A DNA stretch of 64,000 nucleotides from the NCBI RefSeq assembly GCF_003334335.1, contig NZ_QOWQ01000001.1. The stretch is one strand, 5' to 3'. Made by a program: the position numbers and the translations under genes. Each line of letters starts with the position of its first letter. Within the stretch, counting starts at the first letter, position 1. The stretch is from Escherichia coli (GTDB taxonomy: Bacteria > Pseudomonadota > Gammaproteobacteria > Enterobacterales > Enterobacteriaceae). Below the pieces are notes generated by a model. That model did no database searches. It saw only the letters and a list, made by a program, of their open reading frames with translations, and was not told the origin of the DNA. This document shows, piece by piece, positions 50,652-59,166 of this stretch.

Positions 50652-50667
50652 TGTGATTACGATCACA
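50652..50667. promoter_or_regulatory. Candidate CRP binding site shared by divergent yqcE and ygcW promoters
   Basis: TGTGATTACGATCACA, perfect match to the TGTGA-N6-TCACA core; a ttgaca hexamer lies at 50631-50636. Confidence 0.55.
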
Positions 50668-50722
50668 TTAGCAGTTATGCCCTTATGCTAAAAATTATCT
50701 CCAGTTACCAGAGATAATGAGA

Positions 50723-50767
50723 AAGGTAACTTCCCTCTCGCGGGGGAAGTTACCTTTCTTTTTTTTT
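50723..50767 (+). terminator. Intrinsic-terminator-like hairpin in the 5' leader of ygcW (candidate attenuator)
   Basis: aaggtaacttccc tctcgcgg gggaagttacctt followed by tctttttttttt; 13-bp stem ending about 25 nt upstream of the ygcW ATG at 50792; upstream agttacc (50703-50709) could form an alternative pairing. Confidence 0.6.
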
Positions 50768-50791
50768 GCCTTACGGAAATTGGAGCTAACT

Positions 50792-51577
50792 ATGTCAATC
50801 GAATCTCTCAATGCGTTCTCAATGGATTTTTTCTCCCTGAAAGGTAAAACCGCAATTGTTACCGGTGGGAATAGCGGTTTAGGCCAGGCATTTGCCATGG
50901 CGTTGGCCAAAGCTGGCGCAAATATCTTTATTCCTAGTTTCGTCAAAGATAACGGCGAAACAAAGGAAATGATTGAAAAACAGGGTGTTGAGGTGGACTT
51001 CATGCAGGTGGATATCACCGCAGAAGGCGCGCCGCAGAAGATTATCGCTGCTTGCTGTGAGCGTTTCGGTACAGTTGATATTCTGGTTAACAATGCCGGT
51101 ATTTGTAAGCTGAATAAGGTGCTGGACTTCGGTCGTGCCGACTGGGATCCGATGATTGATGTGAACCTGACCGCCGCATTCGAGTTAAGCTATGAAGCTG
51201 CAAAAATTATGATCCCGCAGAAAAGCGGCAAAATTATTAATATCTGTTCATTGTTCTCTTACTTAGGTGGACAATGGTCACCTGCATATTCTGCCACTAA
51301 ACATGCTCTTGCCGGGTTCACCAAAGCTTATTGTGATGAACTAGGTCAATATAATATTCAGGTAAATGGTATCGCCCCTGGCTATTATGCAACAGATATT
51401 ACGCTGGCGACACGCAGTAATCCAGAAACCAATCAGCGCGTTCTTGATCATATTCCGGCAAACCGTTGGGGCGATACTCAGGATTTAATGGGCGCAGCCG
51501 TATTCCTCGCAAGTCCGGCATCGAATTATGTCAACGGGCATTTATTAGTGGTTGATGGCGGTTATTTAGTGCGCTAA
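50792..51577 (+). CDS. ygcW: Short-chain dehydrogenase/reductase (KduD-like), substrate unknown
   Basis: ORF 50717..51577; recognised start MSIESLNAFSMDFFSLKGKTAIVTGGNSGLGQA at 50792 (261 aa); Rossmann TGGNSGLG. Confidence 0.85.
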   Translation: MSIESLNAFSMDFFSLKGKTAIVTGGNSGLGQAFAMALAKAGANIFIPSFVKDNGETKEMIEKQGVEVDFMQVDITAEGAPQKIIAACCERFGTVDILVNNAGICKLNKVLDFGRADWDPMIDVNLTAAFELSYEAAKIMIPQKSGKIINICSLFSYLGGQWSPAYSATKHALAGFTKAYCDELGQYNIQVNGIAPGYYATDITLATRSNPETNQRVLDHIPANRWGDTQDLMGAAVFLASPASNYVNGHLLVVDGGYLVR

Positions 51578-51646
51578 CCCATAACGGTGGTTTCTGTTTT
51601 CTCTTATTAATGATTATTCCATTTTTATTATCAGGAAGGAATTACT

Positions 51647-53101
51647 ATGTCTTTATCTCGCGCAGCGATTGTCGACCAGCTAAAGGAAATTGTTGGTGCA
51701 GATCGCGTAATTACCGATGAAACAGTATTAAAGAAAAACAGTATTGACCGTTTTCGTAAATTTCCGGATATTCATGGCATTTATACTTTGCCGATTCCGG
51801 CAGCGATCGTAAAACTCGGTTCCACAGAGCAAGTATCCCGTGTGCTGAATTTTATGAATGCGCACAAAATTAACGGTGTGCCGCGTACCGGTGCTTCCGC
51901 CACCGAAGGTGGGCTGGAAACTGTTGTAGAAAACTCGGTGGTGCTCGACGGCTCCGCCATGAATCAAATCATTAATATTGATATTGAGAATATGCAGGCG
52001 ACGGCGCAATGTGGTGTTCCGCTGGAAGTGCTGGAAAACGCGTTGCGTGAAAAAGGTTACACCACGGGGCATTCTCCGCAGTCAAAGCCGCTGGCGCAGA
52101 TGGGCGGCCTGGTAGCAACCCGAAGTATCGGGCAGTTCTCCACACTCTACGGCGCAATCGAAGATATGGTCGTTGGTCTGGAAGCAGTATTGGCTGATGG
52201 CACCGTCACACGCATTAAAAACGTGCCACGCCGCGCGGCTGGCCCGGACATTCGTCACATCATCATCGGCAACGAAGGTGCATTGTGCTATATCACTGAA
52301 GTAACAGTGAAAATCTTTAAATTCACCCCGGAAAACAACCTCTTCTACGGCTATATCCTGGAAGACATGAAAACCGGCTTCAACATCCTGCGTGAAATCA
52401 TGGTGGAAGGGTATCGTCCGTCAATCGCTCGTTTGTATGACGCTGAAGATGGCACCCAACACTTCACCCATTTTGCCGACGGAAAATGCGTGCTGATCTT
52501 TATGGCTGAAGGTAACCCTCGCATTGCGAAGGTGACGGGCGAAGGGATTGCGGAAATCGTTGCCCGCTACCCGCAATGCCAGCGCGTGGACAGCAAGCTG
52601 ATCGAAACCTGGTTTAACAACCTGAACTGGGGACCGGATAAAGTGGCTGCCGAACGTGTGCAGATCCTCAAAACCGGCAACATGGGCTTTACCACCGAAG
52701 TATCCGGCTGCTGGAGCTGCATCCACGAAATCTACGAAAGCGTTATTAACCGTATTCGTACTGAGTTCCCGCACGCCGACGACATCACCATGCTGGGCGG
52801 TCATTCCTCTCATAGCTATCAGAACGGCACCAACATGTACTTCGTCTACGATTACAACGTCGTTGACTGTAAGCCGGAAGAGGAAATCGACAAGTACCAC
52901 AATCCGCTCAACAAGATCATCTGTGAAGAAACCATTCGCCTCGGCGGTTCGATGGTGCACCACCACGGTATCGGTAAACATCGCGTTCACTGGAGCAAAC
53001 TGGAACACGGCAGCGCGTGGGCGTTGCTGGAAGGGCTGAAAAAGCAGTTCGATCCTAATGGCATTATGAATACGGGTACTATCTATCCGATTGAAAAATA
53101 A
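51647..53101 (+). CDS. ygcU: FAD-linked oxidoreductase (GlcD / alkyl-DHAP-synthase-like), substrate unknown
   Basis: 484 aa, MSLSRAAIVDQLKEIVGADRVITDETVLKKNSIDRFRKF; FAD-binding PCMH-type domain. Confidence 0.85.
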   Translation: MSLSRAAIVDQLKEIVGADRVITDETVLKKNSIDRFRKFPDIHGIYTLPIPAAIVKLGSTEQVSRVLNFMNAHKINGVPRTGASATEGGLETVVENSVVLDGSAMNQIINIDIENMQATAQCGVPLEVLENALREKGYTTGHSPQSKPLAQMGGLVATRSIGQFSTLYGAIEDMVVGLEAVLADGTVTRIKNVPRRAAGPDIRHIIIGNEGALCYITEVTVKIFKFTPENNLFYGYILEDMKTGFNILREIMVEGYRPSIARLYDAEDGTQHFTHFADGKCVLIFMAEGNPRIAKVTGEGIAEIVARYPQCQRVDSKLIETWFNNLNWGPDKVAAERVQILKTGNMGFTTEVSGCWSCIHEIYESVINRIRTEFPHADDITMLGGHSSHSYQNGTNMYFVYDYNVVDCKPEEEIDKYHNPLNKIICEETIRLGGSMVHHHGIGKHRVHWSKLEHGSAWALLEGLKKQFDPNGIMNTGTIYPIEK

Positions 53102-53194
53102 TGTGTCAGGCAGCGTTCCGCGATGACGGGGCGTTGCCTTTTCGGCTTCTCAGGCGAGAAGCCGTTCTTATTACCGGACAATGAAGGGGTAAAG

Positions 53195-54532
53195 ATGAAC
53201 ACTTCACCGGTGCGAATGGATGATTTACCGCTTAACCGTTTTCACTGCCGCATTGCTGCGCTCACTTTCGGCGCACACCTGACCGACGGTTATGTTCTCG
53301 GCGTCATTGGTTACGCCATTATTCAGCTTACGCCCGCCATGCAACTGACGCCGTTTATGGCGGGAATGATCGGCGGCTCGGCGCTCCTTGGTTTGTTCCT
53401 TGGCAGCCTGGTTCTTGGGTGGATCTCCGACCATATTGGTCGGCAAAAAATCTTCACCTTCAGCTTTTTGCTGATTACGCTTGCTTCGTTTTTACAATTT
53501 TTTGCCACCACGCCAGAGCATCTTATTGGACTGCGCATTTTGATTGGCATTGGTCTGGGAGGCGATTATTCAGTAGGTCACACCTTGCTGGCTGAATTTT
53601 CCCCGCGCCGCCATCGCGGTATTTTGCTGGGCGCATTCAGCGTGGTGTGGACCGTAGGCTATGTGCTGGCAAGTATTGCCGGACATCACTTTATTTCCGA
53701 AAACCCGGAGGCCTGGCGCTGGCTACTGGCATCGGCAGCTCTGCCCGCGTTGTTGATTACGTTATTACGCTGGGGAACGCCAGAATCACCACGCTGGCTA
53801 CTGCGCCAGGGGCGTTTTGCAGAAGCTCACGCTATCGTGCATCGCTATTTTGGTCCCCATGTTTTACTGGGCGATGAAGTGGTAACGGCGACCCATAAAC
53901 ACATCAAAACCTTGTTCTCTTCGCGTTACTGGCGGCGCACGGCGTTTAACAGCGTCTTCTTTGTCTGCCTCGTAATCCCATGGTTTGTGATTTATACCTG
54001 GCTGCCAACTATCGCCCAGACTATTGGTCTGGAAGATGCGCTGACTGCCAGCCTGATGCTTAATGCGTTGTTAATTGTGGGCGCGCTGCTGGGATTAGTT
54101 CTGACGCACCTGCTGGCACATCGCAAATTTTTGCTGGGAAGTTTTTTGCTGCTGGCGGCAACGCTGGTAGTCATGGCCTGTTTGCCTTCCGGCAGTTCAT
54201 TAACGCTGCTGCTTTTTGTTCTCTTCAGCACCACCATTTCGGCAGTCAGTAATCTGGTGGGCATTTTGCCTGCGGAAAGTTTTCCTACTGACATTCGCTC
54301 GCTGGGCGTCGGTTTTGCCACTGCCATGAGTCGACTTGGCGCGGCGGTAAGTACTGGCCTGCTGCCGTGGGTGCTGGCGCAGTGGGGAATGCAAGTCACC
54401 TTATTGCTCCTGGCGACAGTGTTGTTGGTTGGTTTTGTTGTGACCTGGCTATGGGCACCAGAAACTAAAGCCCTCCCGCTGGTGGCGGCGGGAAATGTAG
54501 GAGGTGCGAATGAACATTCTGTTAGCGTTTAA
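53195..54532 (+). CDS. ygcS: MFS sugar-porter-like transporter, substrate unknown
   Basis: ORF 53123..54532; probable start MNTSPVRMDDLPLNRFHCRIAALTFGAHLTDGY at 53195 (445 aa). Confidence 0.8.
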   Translation: MNTSPVRMDDLPLNRFHCRIAALTFGAHLTDGYVLGVIGYAIIQLTPAMQLTPFMAGMIGGSALLGLFLGSLVLGWISDHIGRQKIFTFSFLLITLASFLQFFATTPEHLIGLRILIGIGLGGDYSVGHTLLAEFSPRRHRGILLGAFSVVWTVGYVLASIAGHHFISENPEAWRWLLASAALPALLITLLRWGTPESPRWLLRQGRFAEAHAIVHRYFGPHVLLGDEVVTATHKHIKTLFSSRYWRRTAFNSVFFVCLVIPWFVIYTWLPTIAQTIGLEDALTASLMLNALLIVGALLGLVLTHLLAHRKFLLGSFLLLAATLVVMACLPSGSSLTLLLFVLFSTTISAVSNLVGILPAESFPTDIRSLGVGFATAMSRLGAAVSTGLLPWVLAQWGMQVTLLLLATVLLVGFVVTWLWAPETKALPLVAAGNVGGANEHSVSV

Positions 54533-55289
54533 AGCCGAACCGGATGCCGGAATGCTGGCGGAAAAAGAGTGGCAGGCGGCGGCTCAGGGTAAAAGCGGAC
54601 CGGATATTTCGCTACTGCGAAGTTTACTCGGTGCTGATGAACAGGCCGCTGCCGCGCTGCTGTTGGCGCAGAGAAAAAACGGTACGCCGATGTCTTTAAC
54701 CGCGTTGAGCATGGGGGATGAACGGGCATTGCACTGGCTGCGCTATCTCATGGCTCTTGGGTTTGAGGAAGCTGTATTGCTGGAGACGGCGGCAGATCTG
54801 CGCTTTGCGCCGGAATTTGTCGCTCGCCATATTGCCGAATGGCAGCATCAGAATCCGCTGGATCTGATAATTACCGGCTGCCAAAGCAGCGAAGGGCAGA
54901 ATGGGCAAACGCCATTTTTGCTGGCGGAAATGCTGGGCTGGCCCTGCTTCACCCAGGTGGAGCGTTTCACTCTCGACGCGCTGTTTATCACCCTCGAACA
55001 GCGTACTGAACATGGGTTGCGTTGTTGCCGGGTTCGCTTGCCTGCGGTGATTGCCGTGCGTCAGTGCGGTGAAGTGGCCTTGCCAGTACCGGGAATGCGC
55101 CAGCGAATGGCTGCGGGGAAAGCAGAAATTATCCGTAAAACTGTTGCTGCCGAAATGCCAGCGATGCAGTGTCTGCAACTGGCAAGAGCAGAGCAACGAC
55201 GCGGAGCGACGCTGATTGATGGGCAAACGGTAGCAGAAAAAGCTCAAAAGCTATGGCAGGACTATTTACGCCAAAGGATGCAGCCATGA
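54510..55289 (+). CDS. ygcR: Electron transfer flavoprotein beta-subunit-like (FixA-like)
   Basis: ORF 54504..55289; start MNILLAFKAEPDAGMLAEKEWQ (259 aa); overlaps ygcQ. Confidence 0.8.
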   Translation: MNILLAFKAEPDAGMLAEKEWQAAAQGKSGPDISLLRSLLGADEQAAAALLLAQRKNGTPMSLTALSMGDERALHWLRYLMALGFEEAVLLETAADLRFAPEFVARHIAEWQHQNPLDLIITGCQSSEGQNGQTPFLLAEMLGWPCFTQVERFTLDALFITLEQRTEHGLRCCRVRLPAVIAVRQCGEVALPVPGMRQRMAAGKAEIIRKTVAAEMPAMQCLQLARAEQRRGATLIDGQTVAEKAQKLWQDYLRQRMQP

Positions 55290-56146
55290 ATATCGCAATT
55301 GTGACAATAAATCAGGAGAATGCCGCAATAGCAAGCTGGCTGGCGGCGCAGGATTTCAGCGGTTGTACCCTGGCGCACTGGCAGATTGAACCTCAGCCTG
55401 TAGTGGCGGAACAGGTGCTGGATGCGTTGGTGGAACAGTGGCAGCGAACGCCTGCGGACGTTGTTCTCTTTCCGCCGGGAACGTTTGGCGATGAACTGTC
55501 GACCCGGCTGGCCTGGCGTTTACATGGTGCAAGCATCTGCCAGGTGACTTCGTTAGATATTCCAACCGTAAGCGTGCGCAAATCCCACTGGGGAAATGCG
55601 CTAACGGCGACGCTGCAAACAGAAAAACGCCCGCTATGCCTTTCCCTGGCGCGTCAGGCGGGAGCAGCGAAAAACGCCACGTTGCCCTCTGGAATGCAAC
55701 AACTGAACATTGTCCCGGGTGCGCTTCCGGACTGGCTGGTTAGCACAGAGGATCTGAAAAATGTTACCCGCGACCCATTAGCTGAGGCCAGACGGGTGCT
55801 GGTGGTGGGGCAGGGCGGAGAGGCAGATAACCAGGAAATCGCTATGCTGGCAGAAAAGCTGGGAGCTGAAGTGGGCTACAGTCGGGCGCGAGTGATGAAC
55901 GGTGGCGTTGATGCTGAAAAAGTGATTGGTATTTCCGGACATCTGCTGGCACCTGAGGTGTGTATTGTTGTTGGCGCTTCTGGCGCAGCAGCGTTAATGG
56001 CGGGCGTACGCAATAGCAAGTTTGTGGTGGCGATTAATCATGACGCCAGCGCTGCGGTATTTTCACAGGCAGATGTTGGCGTGGTTGATGACTGGAAAGT
56101 GGTGCTGGAGGCACTGGTGACAAACATTCACGCAGATTGCCAATAA
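55286..56146 (+). CDS. ygcQ: Electron transfer flavoprotein alpha-subunit-like (FixB-like)
   Basis: ORF 55253..56146; start MNIAIVTINQENAAIASWLAAQ (286 aa); ETF-alpha C-terminal FAD-binding region (VGYSRARVMNGGVDAEKVIGISGHLLAPEVCIVVGASGAAALMAGV). Confidence 0.8.
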   Translation: MNIAIVTINQENAAIASWLAAQDFSGCTLAHWQIEPQPVVAEQVLDALVEQWQRTPADVVLFPPGTFGDELSTRLAWRLHGASICQVTSLDIPTVSVRKSHWGNALTATLQTEKRPLCLSLARQAGAAKNATLPSGMQQLNIVPGALPDWLVSTEDLKNVTRDPLAEARRVLVVGQGGEADNQEIAMLAEKLGAEVGYSRARVMNGGVDAEKVIGISGHLLAPEVCIVVGASGAAALMAGVRNSKFVVAINHDASAAVFSQADVGVVDDWKVVLEALVTNIHADCQ

Positions 56147-56152
56147 CGTGTT

Positions 56153-56260
56153 GCCGGATGATCCTGCCTACGGTTCTGGCCTGGGGACTTGTAGGCCTGA
56201 TAAGACGCGTCAAGCGTCGCATCAGGCGCTGAATGTCGGATGTGGCGTGCGGCCTACAAA
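56153..56260. repeat. REP element cluster between ygcQ and ygcP
   Basis: gccggatgatcctgcctacgg, ttgtaggcctgataagacgcgtcaagcgtcgcatcaggcg, gtcggatgtggcgtgcggcctacaaa. Confidence 0.75.
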
Positions 56261-56293
56261 TCAAACCAAATTCAATTGGTTACGATTATCCCG

Positions 56294-56869
56294 TCAAAGT
56301 AATTTTTTCGCTAACGTCCAGACCCCGGTATTCGTGGTGGAAAGCGCCACGACACCCGCGTTAATCGCATTACGCGCATCTTCTTCATCGCACACCAGCC
56401 CACCGGCAATCAGCGGTTGGCGGATTTTCTCTGTCACCCAGCCCAGCACTTTGGGCATACAGCCTGGCAGGATCTCAATACAATCCGGATTCGATTGCGC
56501 AACTTGCTTATCAATGTTGTGAAACGAAATTGAATCAACAATAAACAGGCGATGAATACAGAAAAAACCTTCCGCTCTTGCCGCTTTCAACATTGAGGCT
56601 TTGGTACTGATAATGCCGTCCGCCTCGGTCACCAGTTTCAAAAACTGAATAACGACTTCTTTATTTGACGCGCCTTCCAGCAAATCAACATGAATAAAAG
56701 CATATTTCCCGGCGTTCTTAATCTTTTTAACGATATTACTGATGGTGCAGATATTGCCGTACAACACGGAAATAAATTGGCATTCAGAATCGATTGCCAG
56801 TTGCAGGCTGGCATTATCTTTAACGGCAGCAATCACCGGATTCTGGCGGAGCAGGTGTAAGAGGGGCAT
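56294..56869 (-). CDS. ygcP: GlpP-family (glycerol-3-phosphate-responsive) antiterminator-like protein
   Basis: 191 aa, MPLLHLLRQNPVIAAVKDNASLQLAIDSECQFISVLYGNICTISNIVKKIKNAGKYAFIHVDLLEG, G3P_antiterm-type fold. Confidence 0.8.
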   Translation of the reverse strand: MPLLHLLRQNPVIAAVKDNASLQLAIDSECQFISVLYGNICTISNIVKKIKNAGKYAFIHVDLLEGASNKEVVIQFLKLVTEADGIISTKASMLKAARAEGFFCIHRLFIVDSISFHNIDKQVAQSNPDCIEILPGCMPKVLGWVTEKIRQPLIAGGLVCDEEDARNAINAGVVALSTTNTGVWTLAKKLL

Positions 56870-56885
56870 AAATTATCCTTATTAT

Positions 56886-57146
56886 TTATCCAAAGCGGTA
56901 GGTGATGCCGAATCCGGAAGGCGGATAGCGCCACTGTTGTAGTGTTGATTCGTCGCACAGCAAACGGCAGGTGCCACACTCCAGGCAACTGCGATAGTCA
57001 ATACGTAAGTTACCTTCCGGTGTGAGCGAAAAAAGACCTGCCGGACAGGCGTTAATCAACCGTTCTGCCGTCTGGCGCTCAACGGAGTCAGCCGGAACAA
57101 TGTGCGGCGCATCAGCAACGCGCCAGAGATTACGGGCTACAGACAT
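56886..57146 (-). CDS. ygcO: Ferredoxin-like protein (FixX-like)
   Basis: ORF 56886..57182; probable start MSVARNLWRVADAPHIVPADSVERQ (86 aa); cysteine cluster CLECGTCRLLC; overlaps ygcN stop. Confidence 0.75.
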   Translation of the reverse strand: MSVARNLWRVADAPHIVPADSVERQTAERLINACPAGLFSLTPEGNLRIDYRSCLECGTCRLLCDESTLQQWRYPPSGFGITYRFG

Positions 57147-58408
57147 CGCAGACTCCTGATAACATCGCCCGCCAGATGCCACAGGCCGTGACGACGTAAA
57201 TGATGCCAGAATAACTGGCGCAGCGGTGGAACAGGTTTATCACCCTGATCCCATAAATCGCGGGAAATATCCTGCATTAACGCAGGCCACGTACGGTACC
57301 ATCCCGGGCGTTGCAAAAGCGCCGGAACATGCTGATAACGCTGTAGAACATCCCACAGCAGGCTGCGCTCTACGTTGTGATGATAAAGCGGAAACAGATT
57401 TTGCGGCTCGCGGTGCTGGCAGGCGCTTATCAGCGTTTGTGCCGCCGCCTGCGCGCCAGTCAGCGCCATATCCATGCCGCGCACGGAAATTCCGGTATTG
57501 ACGCAACTGCGCAACGCATCGCCCACCAGCAGCCAGCCGTTACCGGCGTATTGCACCGGCATACTGTGCAAGCCACCTTCTGGCACCAGATGCGCACCAT
57601 ACTCCAGTGATTCCGTGTTTTTGATAAGCGGGCGCACTGCCGGATGCGCTTTAAAGCGAGTCAGCAGCTCGCTTGCCGGAACACGACTTTGCGTAAGGGA
57701 AGAGAGCGGGCAAACAATCCCTAACGAGAGCGTTTGTTGATTAGTATAAAGAAATGCGCCGCCGGGTAAGTCATCACAGATCCTGCCGCTGAACAGCAAC
57801 GCTGCGCCTTCGTTATTCTCCAGATGAAAACGTTCTTCAATAGCGGATGTTTCCAGCGACAGCACTTCTTTGATCCCCAACGCCATCGCTTCGCCAGCAG
57901 GACGAGCCACTAACCCGTGACGTTCAGCCAGGACGCTGTTGGCACCTTCTGCCAGCACCACATAACGGGCGCGGAGAATATCGTCACCACAAATAACGCC
58001 ACAGACTCTGCCGTTTTCTTCATACAGTGCATCCACCGTCGCTCCGGGGATGCATTCGACACCTTCTTTTTCGGCTTCGGCAACCAGCCACGGATCGAAT
58101 CGTGCACGTAATACACTCCAGGATTCACCGCCGGGCTGTAAGCTGGAAAACGTCGTTACGCCATCGGGCGTTAACAGGGAAAGGCTTTCGTGAGTGATGC
58201 GTCGTTCAAGAGGCGCGGTCAGATGAAATTGCGGGAGGAGTTCCGCGAGTGCATGGGTATATAACCGCCCGCCGGAAAGATTTTTGCTGCCGGGGATTTC
58301 AGCGCGTTCCAGTAACAAAACGGATAAACCCGCTCGCGCGCAGCGTAACGCGCAAGCGGTGCCTGCAATACCGGCACCAATAATAATAATGTCGCAGTCG
58401 TCTTCCAT
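57137..58408 (-). CDS. ygcN: FAD-dependent oxidoreductase, ETF-quinone-oxidoreductase-like (FixC-like)
   Basis: ORF 57137..58438; start MEDDCDIIIIGAGIAGTACALRCARAGLSVLLLER (423 aa), dinucleotide-binding GxGxxG. Confidence 0.85.
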   Translation of the reverse strand: MEDDCDIIIIGAGIAGTACALRCARAGLSVLLLERAEIPGSKNLSGGRLYTHALAELLPQFHLTAPLERRITHESLSLLTPDGVTTFSSLQPGGESWSVLRARFDPWLVAEAEKEGVECIPGATVDALYEENGRVCGVICGDDILRARYVVLAEGANSVLAERHGLVARPAGEAMALGIKEVLSLETSAIEERFHLENNEGAALLFSGRICDDLPGGAFLYTNQQTLSLGIVCPLSSLTQSRVPASELLTRFKAHPAVRPLIKNTESLEYGAHLVPEGGLHSMPVQYAGNGWLLVGDALRSCVNTGISVRGMDMALTGAQAAAQTLISACQHREPQNLFPLYHHNVERSLLWDVLQRYQHVPALLQRPGWYRTWPALMQDISRDLWDQGDKPVPPLRQLFWHHLRRHGLWHLAGDVIRSLRCL

Positions 58409-58485
58409 GTCATGCCCCAGATATCCAGAACACAACACCCTAACATAGCGTTACTTAAGGGAAATTGACCGCCGACACACTCTTA

Positions 58486-58851
58486 TCATTCGCCGCGATA
58501 GATACAACCTGCGGTGCAGGTTTCTTTTACCATCACCGCACTTAACAGCGGCACAACGGGTTTAACCTGATCCCAAATCCATTTTGCTAAAACCTCGCTG
58601 GTTGGGTTTTCCAGACCTGGAATATCATTGAGATAATGGTGATCGAGGCGCTCGTAGGTTGGTTTAAACGCCGCTTTTAGTTCAGCGAAATCGATAATCC
58701 AGCCCGTATGCGGATCGACTTCCCCGGTAATTTCCAGTCGCACCATAAAGGAATGCCCGTGCAGGCGACCACATTTATGCCCTTCCGGGACGTGTGGTAA
58801 GCGGTGAGCGGCTTCGAAGGTGAAATCTTTAAATAACGTGGTGGACATCAT
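58486..58851 (-). CDS. queD: 6-carboxy-5,6,7,8-tetrahydropterin synthase
   Basis: ORF 58486..58935; recognised start [35 protein letters not shown] (121 aa). Confidence 0.9.
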   Translation of the reverse strand: MMSTTLFKDFTFEAAHRLPHVPEGHKCGRLHGHSFMVRLEITGEVDPHTGWIIDFAELKAAFKPTYERLDHHYLNDIPGLENPTSEVLAKWIWDQVKPVVPLLSAVMVKETCTAGCIYRGE

Positions 58852-59166
58852 AATTTCTCTACAGGACGATAAAACCGCCGTAGAGTACCGGAAAGGCTGT
58901 TTTTTCGCATTATCTAAAACGACTTTGTTGCGCAAAATCGCTGATTTATCTTAATGATTGGCTAAATTCATTTGTTTTTCATTAGGTTGGTTAATCTATT
59001 TTGTTGTTAAAGACTATTGCTAAAACAGGTTAGTCGATTTGGTTATTAGTTATCGCTATCCCGTCTTTAATCCACACCGTTTGCCCCGTTAACCTTACCT
59101 TCTCTTCTGTTTTATGGGCGCTGACAGGGCGCAGAAACAGCTTTGCTTACTGGAACATAACGACGC

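Noticed and set aside
52421-53008. 195-aa minus-strand ORF
   Set aside because: Antisense inside ygcU; no signal.
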